A program made the translations under genes and the position numbers. Shown piece by piece: positions 49,249-59,423 of a stretch of DNA of 64,000 nucleotides; position 1 is the first letter of the stretch, and the number at the start of each line of letters is the position of its first letter. The stretch covers positions 544,001-608,000 of the forward strand of contig CAWEJX010000007.1 in NCBI GenBank assembly GCA_963809485.1, written 5' to 3'. A model generated the notes under the pieces. That model had not been told where the DNA came from. It saw only the letters and a list, made by a program, of their open reading frames with translations, and made no database searches. The stretch is from an uncultured Acidobacteriota bacterium (lineage in GTDB: Bacteria; Acidobacteriota; UBA6911).

Positions 49249-52200
49249 CTAGTAATGCAGCCGCAATGCGAACTGAAGAATTCGCGGCCGGTTGGCCTGG
49301 CTCGTGACAATTCCAAAGGTTGTCCCATTTATATCAGTTGAAGGAGCCGCAAACTGAACCCGGTTGAACAGGTTGAAAGCTTCCATGCGGAATTCCACGT
49401 TGACGTCTTCTTTAATTTGCGTCTTCTTGAAGATCGCCAGGTCCCAGTTGTTAATTCCCGCTGCCCGCAGCTTCGGATCAACGCGGGCTTCGTTGCCGAA
49501 TTCCCATTCGCCTGACTTTGCGAAGCATTTCGTGTCAAACCAGCCGTTCAGTCTCGATTGAGCTGACCCGGAAGCTTCCGCGTTGCAACCGGCAACGACG
49601 TTGGGACGCTTGGGGCCTCCGCCAAAGTAGAAGGCATAGGCACCGTCTGCTACAGAGTTAACGGATTGGCCGAATTTCAATGGGAACCCGGATTGGAAAG
49701 TGGTTTGACCGTTGAGGCCCCACCCCGAAACCAGCTTGTTCACCACGCCGGTAGTTTGTGCCAGGAATTTCTGGCCGTGGCCGAACGGCAGGTCATAGGT
49801 ATAACTCACTTGAAAACGGTGCGTAACGTCAAAGCTCGCGAGCGAACGATCGGCCCTGCGGTCATAGGCATTCTGGCCGCTGCTGCCAACGCCGCCGTTG
49901 TCTTCCAGGAAACCATTCAGGGTGTCGGTATCGGAAACCAGCTTGGCCCAGGTGTAAGAGCCCATGATCATCCCGCCGGACTTGAACCGTTTTTCCAGCT
50001 TGATCTGCAGGGAATTGTAGCTGGAACTGCCCATGTAAGGAGCGTTTATGGAAACGCCTGTGTTCCCCTGAAGGAAATTTCCGAATGGATCCGAGCCCCC
50101 GAAGCCCCATTGCGGATAGGGCCGCTGCAACTGGCCGATCATGATGGTTGGCGAGAAGCCGAGGACGCCGGTGTTCGCTTGCCCGAAGAATGGATTTGGC
50201 ACCAGGTGCAGCGGACCTTCGCCTGGGTACGCCACAAAATCAGCTTTGACAATCTCGGGGGAGAGTTGGTTGAGGGTCACGCCTTCCGAGGGAGACAGCT
50301 GGCTGATGCTCCCGCTCTGCACGGGAAGATGAGTCCCCTTCGATCCGGCATAGCTCGCTTCCAGCATCAGGCCGTTCCCGAATTCATGCCCGATCGTTAA
50401 ATTCCACTGCTGAGCAACCGGATATTTCTGGTCAGGCAAAACCCCATTGATGCTTGTTCCTGCCAATCCAGCCATGAAATTGGGGTCATGACCTGCCGGT
50501 TGGAGGATGCCATTCGGCCAGGGATTGGTCACATCTCCCGACCATTGGTTCGTGGTGGCTGACATAACCGGCGAGTTGATCCCTTGCAGATCGCTGGGCA
50601 GATAGGACAGGCCCGCACCCATCCGGATGACGGTCTTCTCGGTCAGGCGGTATGCCAAACCAATCCGTGGAGAAAACAGCGCCCAGCGCAGCTTGTTCTG
50701 CTGGCGGTCCGGATACGCGGCCGAGTTTGTTAACAGAAGCTGCCCCTTCAAAGAGGAGAAATAGGCGTTGGGCGCAAATTGGGTGAGATTGTCTGCCGCA
50801 TAGGGATCCAGGATGGTATTCCGATCATACATTTCCGTGTAGGATCCCGGCTGTTCCCAACGCAAGCCCATATTCAACGTCAGTTTTCTGCTGACCTGCC
50901 AGGTGTCTGCTGCATACATCGCGTAATACCAGGACCTGGCGCCGGTGGTCAGCGCGGTTTGAATCGCGCCGGCAATCGGTTGGCCAAAAATGATGTTGGT
51001 GTAGGGATCGAACGTCGGCGGGTTTGGAACATAGGTGAACTGCCCCGAGGCGTTGTTGTTGGCGAAGCTGCGTCTATAGGCTTGGCGAAGCTCCCCGCCA
51101 AATTTCAGCGTATGTGTATTTTTGGTTTTCGTGACGCTGCCGGAAGCGCCGATATGATCTTCCCAGGTTGTGCTGGATACATTCTGGAACAGGAAGAAGA
51201 CCGGTCCTCCAAATGGAGGAGGAACGATGGGTGTCGGGTTATAAACCACTGACATCTGAGGCGCAAGGTCTTCCCATGCAGGACCATATTTCGACAGATC
51301 CTCCTTGTTCGTTCGGGGGGACATGGAATCAAACCGGAAATAGGTGAAGTATACCCGCCCATCCAGGATGGTGGTTGGACTCAATGTATAGGTATCGTTG
51401 ATCACAACCTGCTGGGTGGTGTGGTCTTCACCCGGTTTGCCATAGCCGTTTTGGAAATAATCCGTGGCCATGGTATCGCCGCCCCACCAGGTATAGCGTA
51501 CAAAGAGCCGTTGTTTGTCGCTGATACTATGATCCACACGCCCCGTCGCCTGATTGCCGTTAGATCCGGAGGGGCCGTTGGCGGAAAAGTTAAATCCGGT
51601 CACCGGGTCTGCAGGAACATTGGGCAGGGCATACATATTGTAGAACGCTTTTGCGGTCTGGCTGCAATTTGCGTCGCATTGAGCGCGCATTTCCAATGTA
51701 GGCACCCGCGCATAAATGGGGTCGCCCAGGCGGAGATTCCAGCCTTCCCAACTGCCATAGAAAAATGTCTTGTCTTTACGGATTGGCCCGCCTAAAGCCG
51801 CGCCATACTGGTTTTGATTCCACTGGGGACGCGGTGTTCCGTTTTTGTTGTCGAAGAAGTTGTTGGCGTTGAAAACCTTGTTGCGCAGGAATTCGTACGC
51901 GGTCCCGTGGAACCTGTTTTCCCCTGATTTGGTAGCCATGTTCACAACGCCGCCGGCAAAACGTCCAAACTCCGGACTGACGTTGCTCGTGGAAACGCGG
52001 AACTCTTGAACAGCATCCTGGGTCGGCACCAGCACGATCCCGTTGTTCAAACTGGCATTCATCGGCACACCATCGAGGAACTGAGCGCTTTGGCCAGCGG
52101 CTCCACCGCCGATCTGGTAGTTGCCCCAACCGGCCGGATTGCTGTAGGTGGCCCCGTGCTGGTTGCCGAGTGCGCTGCCGCTCGAGGAACCCTGTGGAAT

Positions 52201-52719
52201 CACCCCGGGAGTCAGCGCGATCAGGTTCATCACATTGCGGCCGTTCAAAGGCATCTCGGTGACGGTACGCGATTCCACAACCTGGCTGAGCGTGCCGCTT
52301 TCGGTTTGAAGCAGCGGAGAAGCGGAAGAGACTTCAACTAATTCGCTGATCTGGCCGATTTGCATGGGAACATCAATCCGGACTATAGATCCCACCTCCA
52401 CCAGGATGTTGTCGCGGGTGAAGTGCTTGAAACCCGTCTTCTCCACATCAACCCGATAGCGCCCGGGCGCCAAATCAACGAAACGATAGCTGCCGACGGC
52501 CTCCGTTTTGGCGTTCCTCTTCTCTCCCGTCCCGATATTCGTAATTGTGACGGAGGCATCGGGAATTATTCCTCCGGACGAATCGTTGATGGTTCCGACC
52601 AGCGAGCCATTGGCCGTCTGTGCGTGCAGAAAAATACCTGGCAAAGTCATCATGCACGCAAGGCATAGCGCAAAAAAACACGCAAATCTGGAATTGCTTA
52701 TTTTTGGACTGATATCCAT
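49249..52719 (-). CDS. Oar-like TonB-dependent receptor with N-terminal carboxypeptidase-regulatory-like domain
   Basis: MPLNGRN, DAVQEFRV, TKSG.N.FHG, NQYG..GGPI.KDKTFF, EAFNLFN and C-terminal PRILQFALRLHY. Confidence 0.92.
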   Translation of the reverse strand: MDISPKISNSRFACFFALCLACMMTLPGIFLHAQTANGSLVGTINDSSGGIIPDASVTITNIGTGEKRNAKTEAVGSYRFVDLAPGRYRVDVEKTGFKHFTRDNILVEVGSIVRIDVPMQIGQISELVEVSSASPLLQTESGTLSQVVESRTVTEMPLNGRNVMNLIALTPGVIPQGSSSGSALGNQHGATYSNPAGWGNYQIGGGAAGQSAQFLDGVPMNASLNNGIVLVPTQDAVQEFRVSTSNVSPEFGRFAGGVVNMATKSGENRFHGTAYEFLRNKVFNANNFFDNKNGTPRPQWNQNQYGAALGGPIRKDKTFFYGSWEGWNLRLGDPIYARVPTLEMRAQCDANCSQTAKAFYNMYALPNVPADPVTGFNFSANGPSGSNGNQATGRVDHSISDKQRLFVRYTWWGGDTMATDYFQNGYGKPGEDHTTQQVVINDTYTLSPTTILDGRVYFTYFRFDSMSPRTNKEDLSKYGPAWEDLAPQMSVVYNPTPIVPPPFGGPVFFLFQNVSSTTWEDHIGASGSVTKTKNTHTLKFGGELRQAYRRSFANNNASGQFTYVPNPPTFDPYTNIIFGQPIAGAIQTALTTGARSWYYAMYAADTWQVSRKLTLNMGLRWEQPGSYTEMYDRNTILDPYAADNLTQFAPNAYFSSLKGQLLLTNSAAYPDRQQNKLRWALFSPRIGLAYRLTEKTVIRMGAGLSYLPSDLQGINSPVMSATTNQWSGDVTNPWPNGILQPAGHDPNFMAGLAGTSINGVLPDQKYPVAQQWNLTIGHEFGNGLMLEASYAGSKGTHLPVQSGSISQLSPSEGVTLNQLSPEIVKADFVAYPGEGPLHLVPNPFFGQANTGVLGFSPTIMIGQLQRPYPQWGFGGSDPFGNFLQGNTGVSINAPYMGSSSYNSLQIKLEKRFKSGGMIMGSYTWAKLVSDTDTLNGFLEDNGGVGSSGQNAYDRRADRSLASFDVTHRFQVSYTYDLPFGHGQKFLAQTTGVVNKLVSGWGLNGQTTFQSGFPLKFGQSVNSVADGAYAFYFGGGPKRPNVVAGCNAEASGSAQSRLNGWFDTKCFAKSGEWEFGNEARVDPKLRAAGINNWDLAIFKKTQIKEDVNVEFRMEAFNLFNRVQFAAPSTDINGTTFGIVTSQANRPRILQFALRLHY

Positions 52720-52894
52720 GTGTGTATCTCCCCACAGAAGAAATTCCCGGCGACGGTGTCGCCGGTTCCCGCACCCCGATTCTCCTTTGTATCTGTCAAG
52801 AAATTGTCAAGATTTTCTGGAAATTTTCTGAAGTTTTTATGCGAACATTGAGAATCCTGAAAGCCGGCCGTAGGATGCTAAGCGGAGGTTGACC

Positions 52895-53602
52895 ATGGCC
52901 CAAAGGATTCTGGTGGTCGATGATGACAAATCCATTGTTAAGGTGCTGGCGGGATATCTGGAGCAAGCGGGATTTGCTATCCTTGTGGCCTACGACGGGG
53001 AAACCGCGCTGCACATGCTGCGCCGGGAACGCCCCGATCTGGTTATCCTTGATTTAATGATGCCCAAACGCGACGGATGGGAAGTTACGCGGATCGTAAG
53101 AACCGACAAGGATCTGGCGTCTACACCGATTATCATGCTCACCGCCCGATTCGAAGACACGGATAAAATCGCGGGCCTGGAACTCGGTGCCGACGATTAC
53201 GTAACAAAGCCGTTCAATGCGCGCGAAGTTGTCACACGCGTGAAAGCACTGCTGCGCCGGCAGAAACTGGACCAGATGCCGACCGCCGGCCCCAGGATCC
53301 TTGTCAGCGGCGGACTCCGTTTAGATGTTGATCATCACACGCTCACAGTCAATGCACAGAGAGTCGAACTCACTCGCACGGAGTTCAATCTGCTGGAGAT
53401 ACTGCTCGCAAATCCGGGTTACACCATCACACGGGATGAATTGCTGGAGAAGGCGCTCGGGTATGCATATGAAGGGCTGGGACGCGCCCTGGATACCCAT
53501 ATCAGGAATCTGCGCCGCAAAATCGAGCCGGATCCGGACAACCCCCGGTATATCCAAACCATCCATGGGGTGGGATATCGCCTGGCAGGAGACCGCATAT
53601 GA
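52895..53602 (+). CDS. OmpR-family response regulator
   Basis: ILVVDDD, LDLMMP, GADDYVTKPF and winged helix HIRNLRRKIE..TIHGVGY. Confidence 0.93.
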   Translation: MAQRILVVDDDKSIVKVLAGYLEQAGFAILVAYDGETALHMLRRERPDLVILDLMMPKRDGWEVTRIVRTDKDLASTPIIMLTARFEDTDKIAGLELGADDYVTKPFNAREVVTRVKALLRRQKLDQMPTAGPRILVSGGLRLDVDHHTLTVNAQRVELTRTEFNLLEILLANPGYTITRDELLEKALGYAYEGLGRALDTHIRNLRRKIEPDPDNPRYIQTIHGVGYRLAGDRI

Positions 53603-54627
53603 AACGTCTATGGGTGCGCCTGTTTCTGATGATCAGCGGCGTGCTGTTTTTGGTCTTTTTTCTGCAGTTTCTCGAGATCAAAATTAGCGGCCCTTCAGAA
53701 GGTACATTTCAAAGACCATCCAATACCGAGATTGCGCATCGGCTCTATCGATTCATGGGATTTTCATTATTGGTTGGGCTCGCAGGCGGTTTCGCTATCG
53801 GACACGTTGTGAGCGCACCCATTACAGCTCTCGCGAGCGCCGCGCATCAGCTGGAAAGCGGGAAATTGCATGTACGCGTACCGGTGCACGGCAGCCTGGA
53901 ATTCCACAAACTGGCGGCCGCCTTCAACAAAATGGCTGCCGCTCTGCAGCAAGCGGAAACGGCACGCAATAATCTCATGGCCGATGTTTCCCATGAATTG
54001 CGGACACCGCTCACCGTGCTGGAAGGCAATCTGCGGGCCGCATTGGACCGTGTACAGACACTCGACGAAGCCGGCATCGCCAACCTGTATGCTCAAACGC
54101 GCCACCTGATTCGGCTGGTCAACGACCTTCGGGAAATCGCGCTGGCAGAAACGGGACAGCTGATCCTGGAAAGAACACCTACGGATATACGAACGGTGGC
54201 AAATGAAACCTTGCAGGCACTGGAACCGCTTGCCAACGAAAAAAAAGTGCAAATGAAGGTAGACATTCAGGGCTTGCCGCCGGCAAATGTCGATCCTGTG
54301 CGTATACGGCAAGTGCTTTTTAACTTGCTGTCGAATGCTTTACAACACACGCCTGGAGGCGGCGTAATTCGCATATCCGGCGAACACAGGCAGTCGAGCC
54401 TTATGCTTGCTGTCGAGGACTCGGGTGAAGGGTTGGAGCCCGACGACCTGGCTTCCATTTTCAATCGCTTCTATCGTGTCGATAAATCGCGCAGTCGCGA
54501 AACAGGCGGCACTGGGCTGGGGTTATCGATTACCAAAGCAATCATTGAGGCGCATGGGGGCTCCATTACGGCCTGCAGCGGGGGGAAGAACCAGGGAACC
54601 CGCTTTACAATAGCGCTGCCGCAATAG
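53599..54627 (+). CDS. HAMP sensor histidine kinase (BaeS-like)
   Basis: Two TMs, HAMP, SHELRTPL, NLLSNA, FYRVDKSR and GLGLSI. Confidence 0.93.
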   Translation: MKRLWVRLFLMISGVLFLVFFLQFLEIKISGPSEGTFQRPSNTEIAHRLYRFMGFSLLVGLAGGFAIGHVVSAPITALASAAHQLESGKLHVRVPVHGSLEFHKLAAAFNKMAAALQQAETARNNLMADVSHELRTPLTVLEGNLRAALDRVQTLDEAGIANLYAQTRHLIRLVNDLREIALAETGQLILERTPTDIRTVANETLQALEPLANEKKVQMKVDIQGLPPANVDPVRIRQVLFNLLSNALQHTPGGGVIRISGEHRQSSLMLAVEDSGEGLEPDDLASIFNRFYRVDKSRSRETGGTGLGLSITKAIIEAHGGSITACSGGKNQGTRFTIALPQ

Positions 54628-54740
54628 GTGTATTGTCCAACATACATTCCCCTGCGTGGATTCGGCATGTTTGGGCAGCTCTGGGACTCCATCCCTGTAT
54701 CGGGCCAGGGGTGAAAGAGCTCATTTTCGGGTTCCGGCGG

Positions 54741-55325
54741 TCATTCCGGAGGGCGGGAGGGGCGGCGCTGGAGGTCTATTTCCTTTAATTTCTGCAATTC
54801 ATCACTGAGCCTTTTTATCTTTTCATCACGATCTTTGATGTCGGATCGGAGTTTTTCGATCTGAGTGCCAAGTCCGAGAATAAATTCGGCTGGGTCCCGG
54901 TACTGGCTGTTGGGGTGTTCGGACAGCAGCCGTTTCAGTGCGGCTTCAGCCTGGCGCGGATCCCGATCCGGGCCGTCGGCCAGGAAGCGGGAAAAGCCGA
55001 GGTAATACAATGCTCTGTCTCGGCTTCCCGACTTGGGATTTTCCTGGAGAAATGTCTCGAGCAAACGGATTGCCTGTGAATAATTGCCCACCTGAAAGTT
55101 CATCTCTCCCAGGTCCAGGTTGGTGGGAGCGGTGACGGTTTTTGCCAGCGGAGCCGGTTCGAGCGGAGCCGGTTTGGGCGGGATTGTCGCGGGCCGAGTC
55201 ACCGCCGGCGGCGGCGCGCTGCGTGTCGGAACAGGCACCGGAGCGGACGGCTTCTTGTGGCAGCCCCACGGAAGAAGCAGTAACAGGATGACGAATAACG
55301 AAGGACGAAGGACGAATTTAAGCAT
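54741..55325 (-). CDS. TPR/coiled-coil lipoprotein (QseG/YfhG-like)
   Basis: Lipobox-like LPWGC, Pro-rich linker, TPR-like helices and C-terminal coiled coil ending LKEIDL. Confidence 0.75.
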   Translation of the reverse strand: MLKFVLRPSLFVILLLLLPWGCHKKPSAPVPVPTRSAPPPAVTRPATIPPKPAPLEPAPLAKTVTAPTNLDLGEMNFQVGNYSQAIRLLETFLQENPKSGSRDRALYYLGFSRFLADGPDRDPRQAEAALKRLLSEHPNSQYRDPAEFILGLGTQIEKLRSDIKDRDEKIKRLSDELQKLKEIDLQRRPSRPPE

Positions 55326-55402
55326 ACTCACCAATTTCCAGCACAATTTTCTGCTTCCTGCGCAAAAAAAACCAGCTAAACATTCAGCCGTATGCTGTTT
55401 TT

Positions 55403-55436
55403 AATTCGTCATTCGTAATTCGTATTTCGTAATTTG
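55403..55436. repeat. (ATTCGTA/ATTCGTC) heptamer tract
   Basis: AATTCGTCATTCGTAATTCGTATTTCGTAATTT; same heptamer as at 17.3-18.2 kb. Confidence 0.7.
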
Positions 55437-56960
55437 TTATATGGGTGTGGATGCGCCCATAACCGCTTTCTCTCCGGGCGTTCCGGGACGCAGCAGAAGG
55501 AAAAAGCGGCTCCCTCCGCCGGGATTGTCGTCCGCCCAGATTGCGCCCCGGTGCGCCTGAACGATAGTGCGGGAAATAGCCAGGCCCAGCCCGGCTCCTT
55601 GTCCCGGCAGCTTGCTTCCCTGTTTGACCTGGTGAAACTTTTCAAAGATCCTTTCCTTATCCGAATCCGGGATTCCCGGCCCTGAGTCCGAAATTGTCAC
55701 CAGCCCGAAATATCCGTCCTTCCCGGCGTCGCCGATCAGGCGCCGCCATAGTTCGGGCATTTTCTCCGGATAGTTTTGCACCGCCTCCACTTGAACGCGG
55801 ACAATCCCCGCCTTCGGGGTGAACTTGATCGCATTGCCGATGAGGTTCACGAGCACCTGGACGATCCGGTCGCCGTCGCAAATCACCGGCAGGGGCTCTT
55901 CCGTTAACGCGGATTCGATCTGAACCTGTTTTTCATGAGCCTGGACTTCGAGTTCATCGATGGCGGTGCGCACCAGCGGAGCCAGGTCCAGGCTTTTCAG
56001 CTCGTATTCCATGACCCCGGCTTCAGTTCTGGCCAGATCCAGGAGATTGCCGATCATCGAGGTGAGGCGCCGGCCGCTTTGACGGTTCAGCTCGAGCAGC
56101 CGCCTCTGTTTCTCGTTCAGGGGGCCGGGGATCTGGTCGAGCATGAGCTGGAGGGTCTCCTGCATGGAAGCGAGCGGGGATTTCAGCTCGTGCGACACGT
56201 GGGAGACAAAATCTTTTTTCAGCTTGTCCAGCTCATTCAACCGGAGAGTCATGGTGTTGAAATCCCGGGCAAGCTCCGAAAATTCGTCGTTGCGCGACGT
56301 GTCGAGCCGGTAGAAGAACTTGCCCTCGGCTATGGCCCGGGTTCCTTCCGTAAGATGCCCCAGCGGTTTGGAGATGGACCGGACAATGAGAAAGGAAACC
56401 AGGATGCTGATCGCCAATGCGAGAAGGGTGGCGCTCATCAGCACCAATTCCGCGGTTTTGAGGGTTTGGGTGGATTTATCCAATTTCCTCTGCATCGAAC
56501 TCACGCTCTTGTCAAAAATGGAGATGGTGCAGGTTCGCATCTGATCCAGCTCTTCCTGAAGTTTTTGCAGCAGGCCGGCATCGCGCTGGTACAGCTGACC
56601 CATATCGGCGACATAGGAATTCCAGAGCTCGGAGAGCTGCCGAATGTCTTCAAGATCTTCTCCCAGGTTGGCGGTGTGTTTGAGCTTCATCAGGCTTTCT
56701 TCAAAATCCTTCTGAACCTCTTTGAGCTGTTTCCTATAGCCTGTGTCGTCTGACACAAAAACCTTCCGGGTATAAAACTCAACCTCGTACAGGTTATTCC
56801 TCGCGTCCAGGCTATTGCGCGCATATTGGAAATTGACCTCCGCCAGGGTTTTGTTGATACGCTGCAGGTGTCCGACCGTGACGGACTGGTATATTGCCAG
56901 TGCCGCCAGGATGAAGATTAAGAGGCCGTAACCGGAAACAATGCGTGTGGTTATTTTCAT
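55437..56960 (-). CDS. Sensor histidine kinase (four-helix periplasmic domain, HAMP; GlrK/QseE-like)
   Basis: Two TMs, SHELKSPL, NLIGNAIKF, DSGPG and GLGLAI. Confidence 0.92.
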   Translation of the reverse strand: MKITTRIVSGYGLLIFILAALAIYQSVTVGHLQRINKTLAEVNFQYARNSLDARNNLYEVEFYTRKVFVSDDTGYRKQLKEVQKDFEESLMKLKHTANLGEDLEDIRQLSELWNSYVADMGQLYQRDAGLLQKLQEELDQMRTCTISIFDKSVSSMQRKLDKSTQTLKTAELVLMSATLLALAISILVSFLIVRSISKPLGHLTEGTRAIAEGKFFYRLDTSRNDEFSELARDFNTMTLRLNELDKLKKDFVSHVSHELKSPLASMQETLQLMLDQIPGPLNEKQRRLLELNRQSGRRLTSMIGNLLDLARTEAGVMEYELKSLDLAPLVRTAIDELEVQAHEKQVQIESALTEEPLPVICDGDRIVQVLVNLIGNAIKFTPKAGIVRVQVEAVQNYPEKMPELWRRLIGDAGKDGYFGLVTISDSGPGIPDSDKERIFEKFHQVKQGSKLPGQGAGLGLAISRTIVQAHRGAIWADDNPGGGSRFFLLLRPGTPGEKAVMGASTPI

Positions 56961-57051
56961 GAAATTATTTTGCCTGCTATCAGGCGCCGAAAGCTTCGGA
57001 GAACAGTCCGCCTGATATCCTCCCAAACAATTTGCCGGGCGAACAACCGGG

Positions 57052-58401
57052 TCAACCTATGCCATAGGTTTTCAGTTTGTTCCGGATCGTTTTCACGTCC
57101 AGTCCCAGCTGGCGCGCAGCCTCGGCTTTATTGTTCCCCGTCTGCCGCAGGGTCCGCAGGATGAGTTCCCTTTCGGCTTCGGCGGCGGTCGCCCCCGCGG
57201 GCAGCACGATCTTCACGGGCGAGCTCTGCACATAGGCGGGCAGGTGGGAAGGCTCTATCCACGATCCCTTCGCCAGGATGACGGCTCTTTCCATGATGTT
57301 TCTCAGCTCGCGGATGTTGCCCGGCCACGAATATGCTTTCAGCAGTTCCAGCGTTTCGCTCTTGCAGGATTCGACCTGCAGTTTGTGCTTGGCGTTGAAC
57401 TCGCTGATGAAAGCCTGCACCAGGAGGGGGATATCCGTTTTGTGTTCCCGAAGCGGCGGAAGAGCAACCGTGAACACATTCAACCGGTAGAAAAGATCCT
57501 CGCGCAGTCTTCCGACTTCGACAGCGGCCCTCGGGTCCCGGTTGGTTGCGGCAAGGACGCGGACGTCCACGAGAAATTCCTGGCTGCCTCCCACCCGCCG
57601 GACGCGCTGGTCTTCCACGACACGCAACAGCTTGGGCTGCAGCGCCAGCGGCATTTCCGCGATTTCATCGAGGAAAAGGGTGCCGCGGTTCGCGAGTTCG
57701 AAGCAGCCGGTCCGCACTCCGGTGGCGCCGGTGAAAGATCCTCGCTCGTGGCCGAATATCTCGCTTTCCATGAGGTTTTCGGGGATAGCGGCGGCGTTGA
57801 TGGCGATAAAGGGCCCTTTGGAGCGCTGGCTCAGATCGTGAATCGTGCGCGCGGCCAGTTCCTTCCCGGTCCCGCTTTCTCCGGTAATGATGGCGAAAGC
57901 GTCGCTGTGGCTGATGCTCGCGATCAGCTCGTAAACTTCGCGCATCAATTTGCTGGTTCCGATGAAATCGCCGAAGCCAGCGCCGTGTTCGAGCTGAGAG
58001 ACCAGCCGGCGCGATTCCCTGCGCAGATCGACCTCCTTCTCCGCCTGGTCGAGGATCATTTTCAACTTGCCGTAATCGATAGGCTTGGTGACAAAGTCCT
58101 GAGCGCCCTGTTTCATCGCGTCCACCGCCAGGTCGATGCTGGCCTGGGCCGTCACAAGGATGATCGGACGATGAGGACCACCGGCTTTGAGCAGACGCAG
58201 CAGTTCCATGCCTGAGACCTGAGGCATGACGACGTCGGATATGACGATGTCCGGGTCAAAGGATTCCGCCAACTGCTCTCCTTCCCGCCCATCCGTAGCC
58301 AGGCAGACCTCGAATCCCCACTCCTGCAGCCGCATCTCGAGGACTTCCCTCATGGCTGCCTCGTCATCGACCACCAATATTTTCGTGCTGCGGTTTTTCA
58401 C
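57052..58401 (-). CDS. Sigma-54-dependent NtrC-family response regulator
   Basis: Receiver domain, GESGTGKE, GSFTGA, LFLDEI, WPGNIREL and Fis HTH. Confidence 0.94.
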   Translation of the reverse strand: MKNRSTKILVVDDEAAMREVLEMRLQEWGFEVCLATDGREGEQLAESFDPDIVISDVVMPQVSGMELLRLLKAGGPHRPIILVTAQASIDLAVDAMKQGAQDFVTKPIDYGKLKMILDQAEKEVDLRRESRRLVSQLEHGAGFGDFIGTSKLMREVYELIASISHSDAFAIITGESGTGKELAARTIHDLSQRSKGPFIAINAAAIPENLMESEIFGHERGSFTGATGVRTGCFELANRGTLFLDEIAEMPLALQPKLLRVVEDQRVRRVGGSQEFLVDVRVLAATNRDPRAAVEVGRLREDLFYRLNVFTVALPPLREHKTDIPLLVQAFISEFNAKHKLQVESCKSETLELLKAYSWPGNIRELRNIMERAVILAKGSWIEPSHLPAYVQSSPVKIVLPAGATAAEAERELILRTLRQTGNNKAEAARQLGLDVKTIRNKLKTYGIG

Positions 58402-58582
58402 GTTTTTTCGCCCTCCGCTTCATCGAAGGCCGTTTCCCAACAGGGAGGCAGGTGATTCGAAAACATCTGCCTACTAAGTATAGCGGGAACAGAGCGCGGT
58501 GGGGAAATTTTCCCTGCTGTTTTTGGCCATAAACGCATGCCATGCTTTTTTTATTTTCGAAGCAGTTTATAATAGGCGGGCA

Positions 58583-59341
58583 ATGAAGATGATGGCGCTG
58601 ACCGAGCAGGCAATCAGTCTTATCCGTAAATCGGGCAACATTGTGGCGCTTTCCGGCGCCGGCATCAGCACCGAGGCGGGGATCCCGGACTTTCGCGGAC
58701 CCGGCGGCATGTGGGAAGAACCCGGCCTCATGGATCAGCTTTCGGTCAGCGGGTTCCGCAACAGTCCGGAAACTTTCTACCGGACCAGCGTGAGGCTCTT
58801 CTCAACCATCGCGCGCGCCGAACCGACATCGGCGCACCGGCTGCTGGTGCGGCTGGAGCAGTTGAACAAGCTCAAAGCCGTCATCACGCAGAACATCGAC
58901 GGCCTGCACACAGCCGCCGGCTCCACCAACGTCTTTGAGCTCCACGGAACCTATCGCACAGGCCACTGCCCGCAATGCGGCGCTGAATTCGAGATGGCGG
59001 AGTTTTATGCGGAGATCGAGCGCGGGAATTTGCGCGTGCCGCTTTGTTCCGCATGTGCGGTTCCCATCAAGCCGGATATCGTGCTCTTTGAGGATCTGCT
59101 CCCCGTGAATGCGTGGGATGGTGCGGTGCAGGCGGCCACCACATGCGATCTCATGCTGATTTTCGGATCGTCGCTCATGGTGTATCCGGCGGCCGAACTG
59201 CCCATGATCGCTTATGAGCATGGTGCCCGGCTGGTCATCGTCAACCTGGGCGAAACCAGCTACGACAATATGGCTGCAGTTACCATCAAGAGCAGGATCG
59301 GCGATTTCGCGAAAACCGCCCTCGCCACCTTCATGGAGTAG
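58583..59341 (+). CDS. cobB: NAD-dependent protein deacylase (Sir2 family)
   Basis: GAGISTEAGIPDFRG, TQNIDGLH, ELHG, two CxxC and KPDIVLF. Confidence 0.9.
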   Translation: MKMMALTEQAISLIRKSGNIVALSGAGISTEAGIPDFRGPGGMWEEPGLMDQLSVSGFRNSPETFYRTSVRLFSTIARAEPTSAHRLLVRLEQLNKLKAVITQNIDGLHTAAGSTNVFELHGTYRTGHCPQCGAEFEMAEFYAEIERGNLRVPLCSACAVPIKPDIVLFEDLLPVNAWDGAVQAATTCDLMLIFGSSLMVYPAAELPMIAYEHGARLVIVNLGETSYDNMAAVTIKSRIGDFAKTALATFME

Positions 59342-59423
59342 CCCCGGGACCAGCAAAAGTATCAGCTACCCCATAATCCCCAGCCGTCCATGTTACACGG
59401 TGAACGTGTGAACGTTCTAACGT

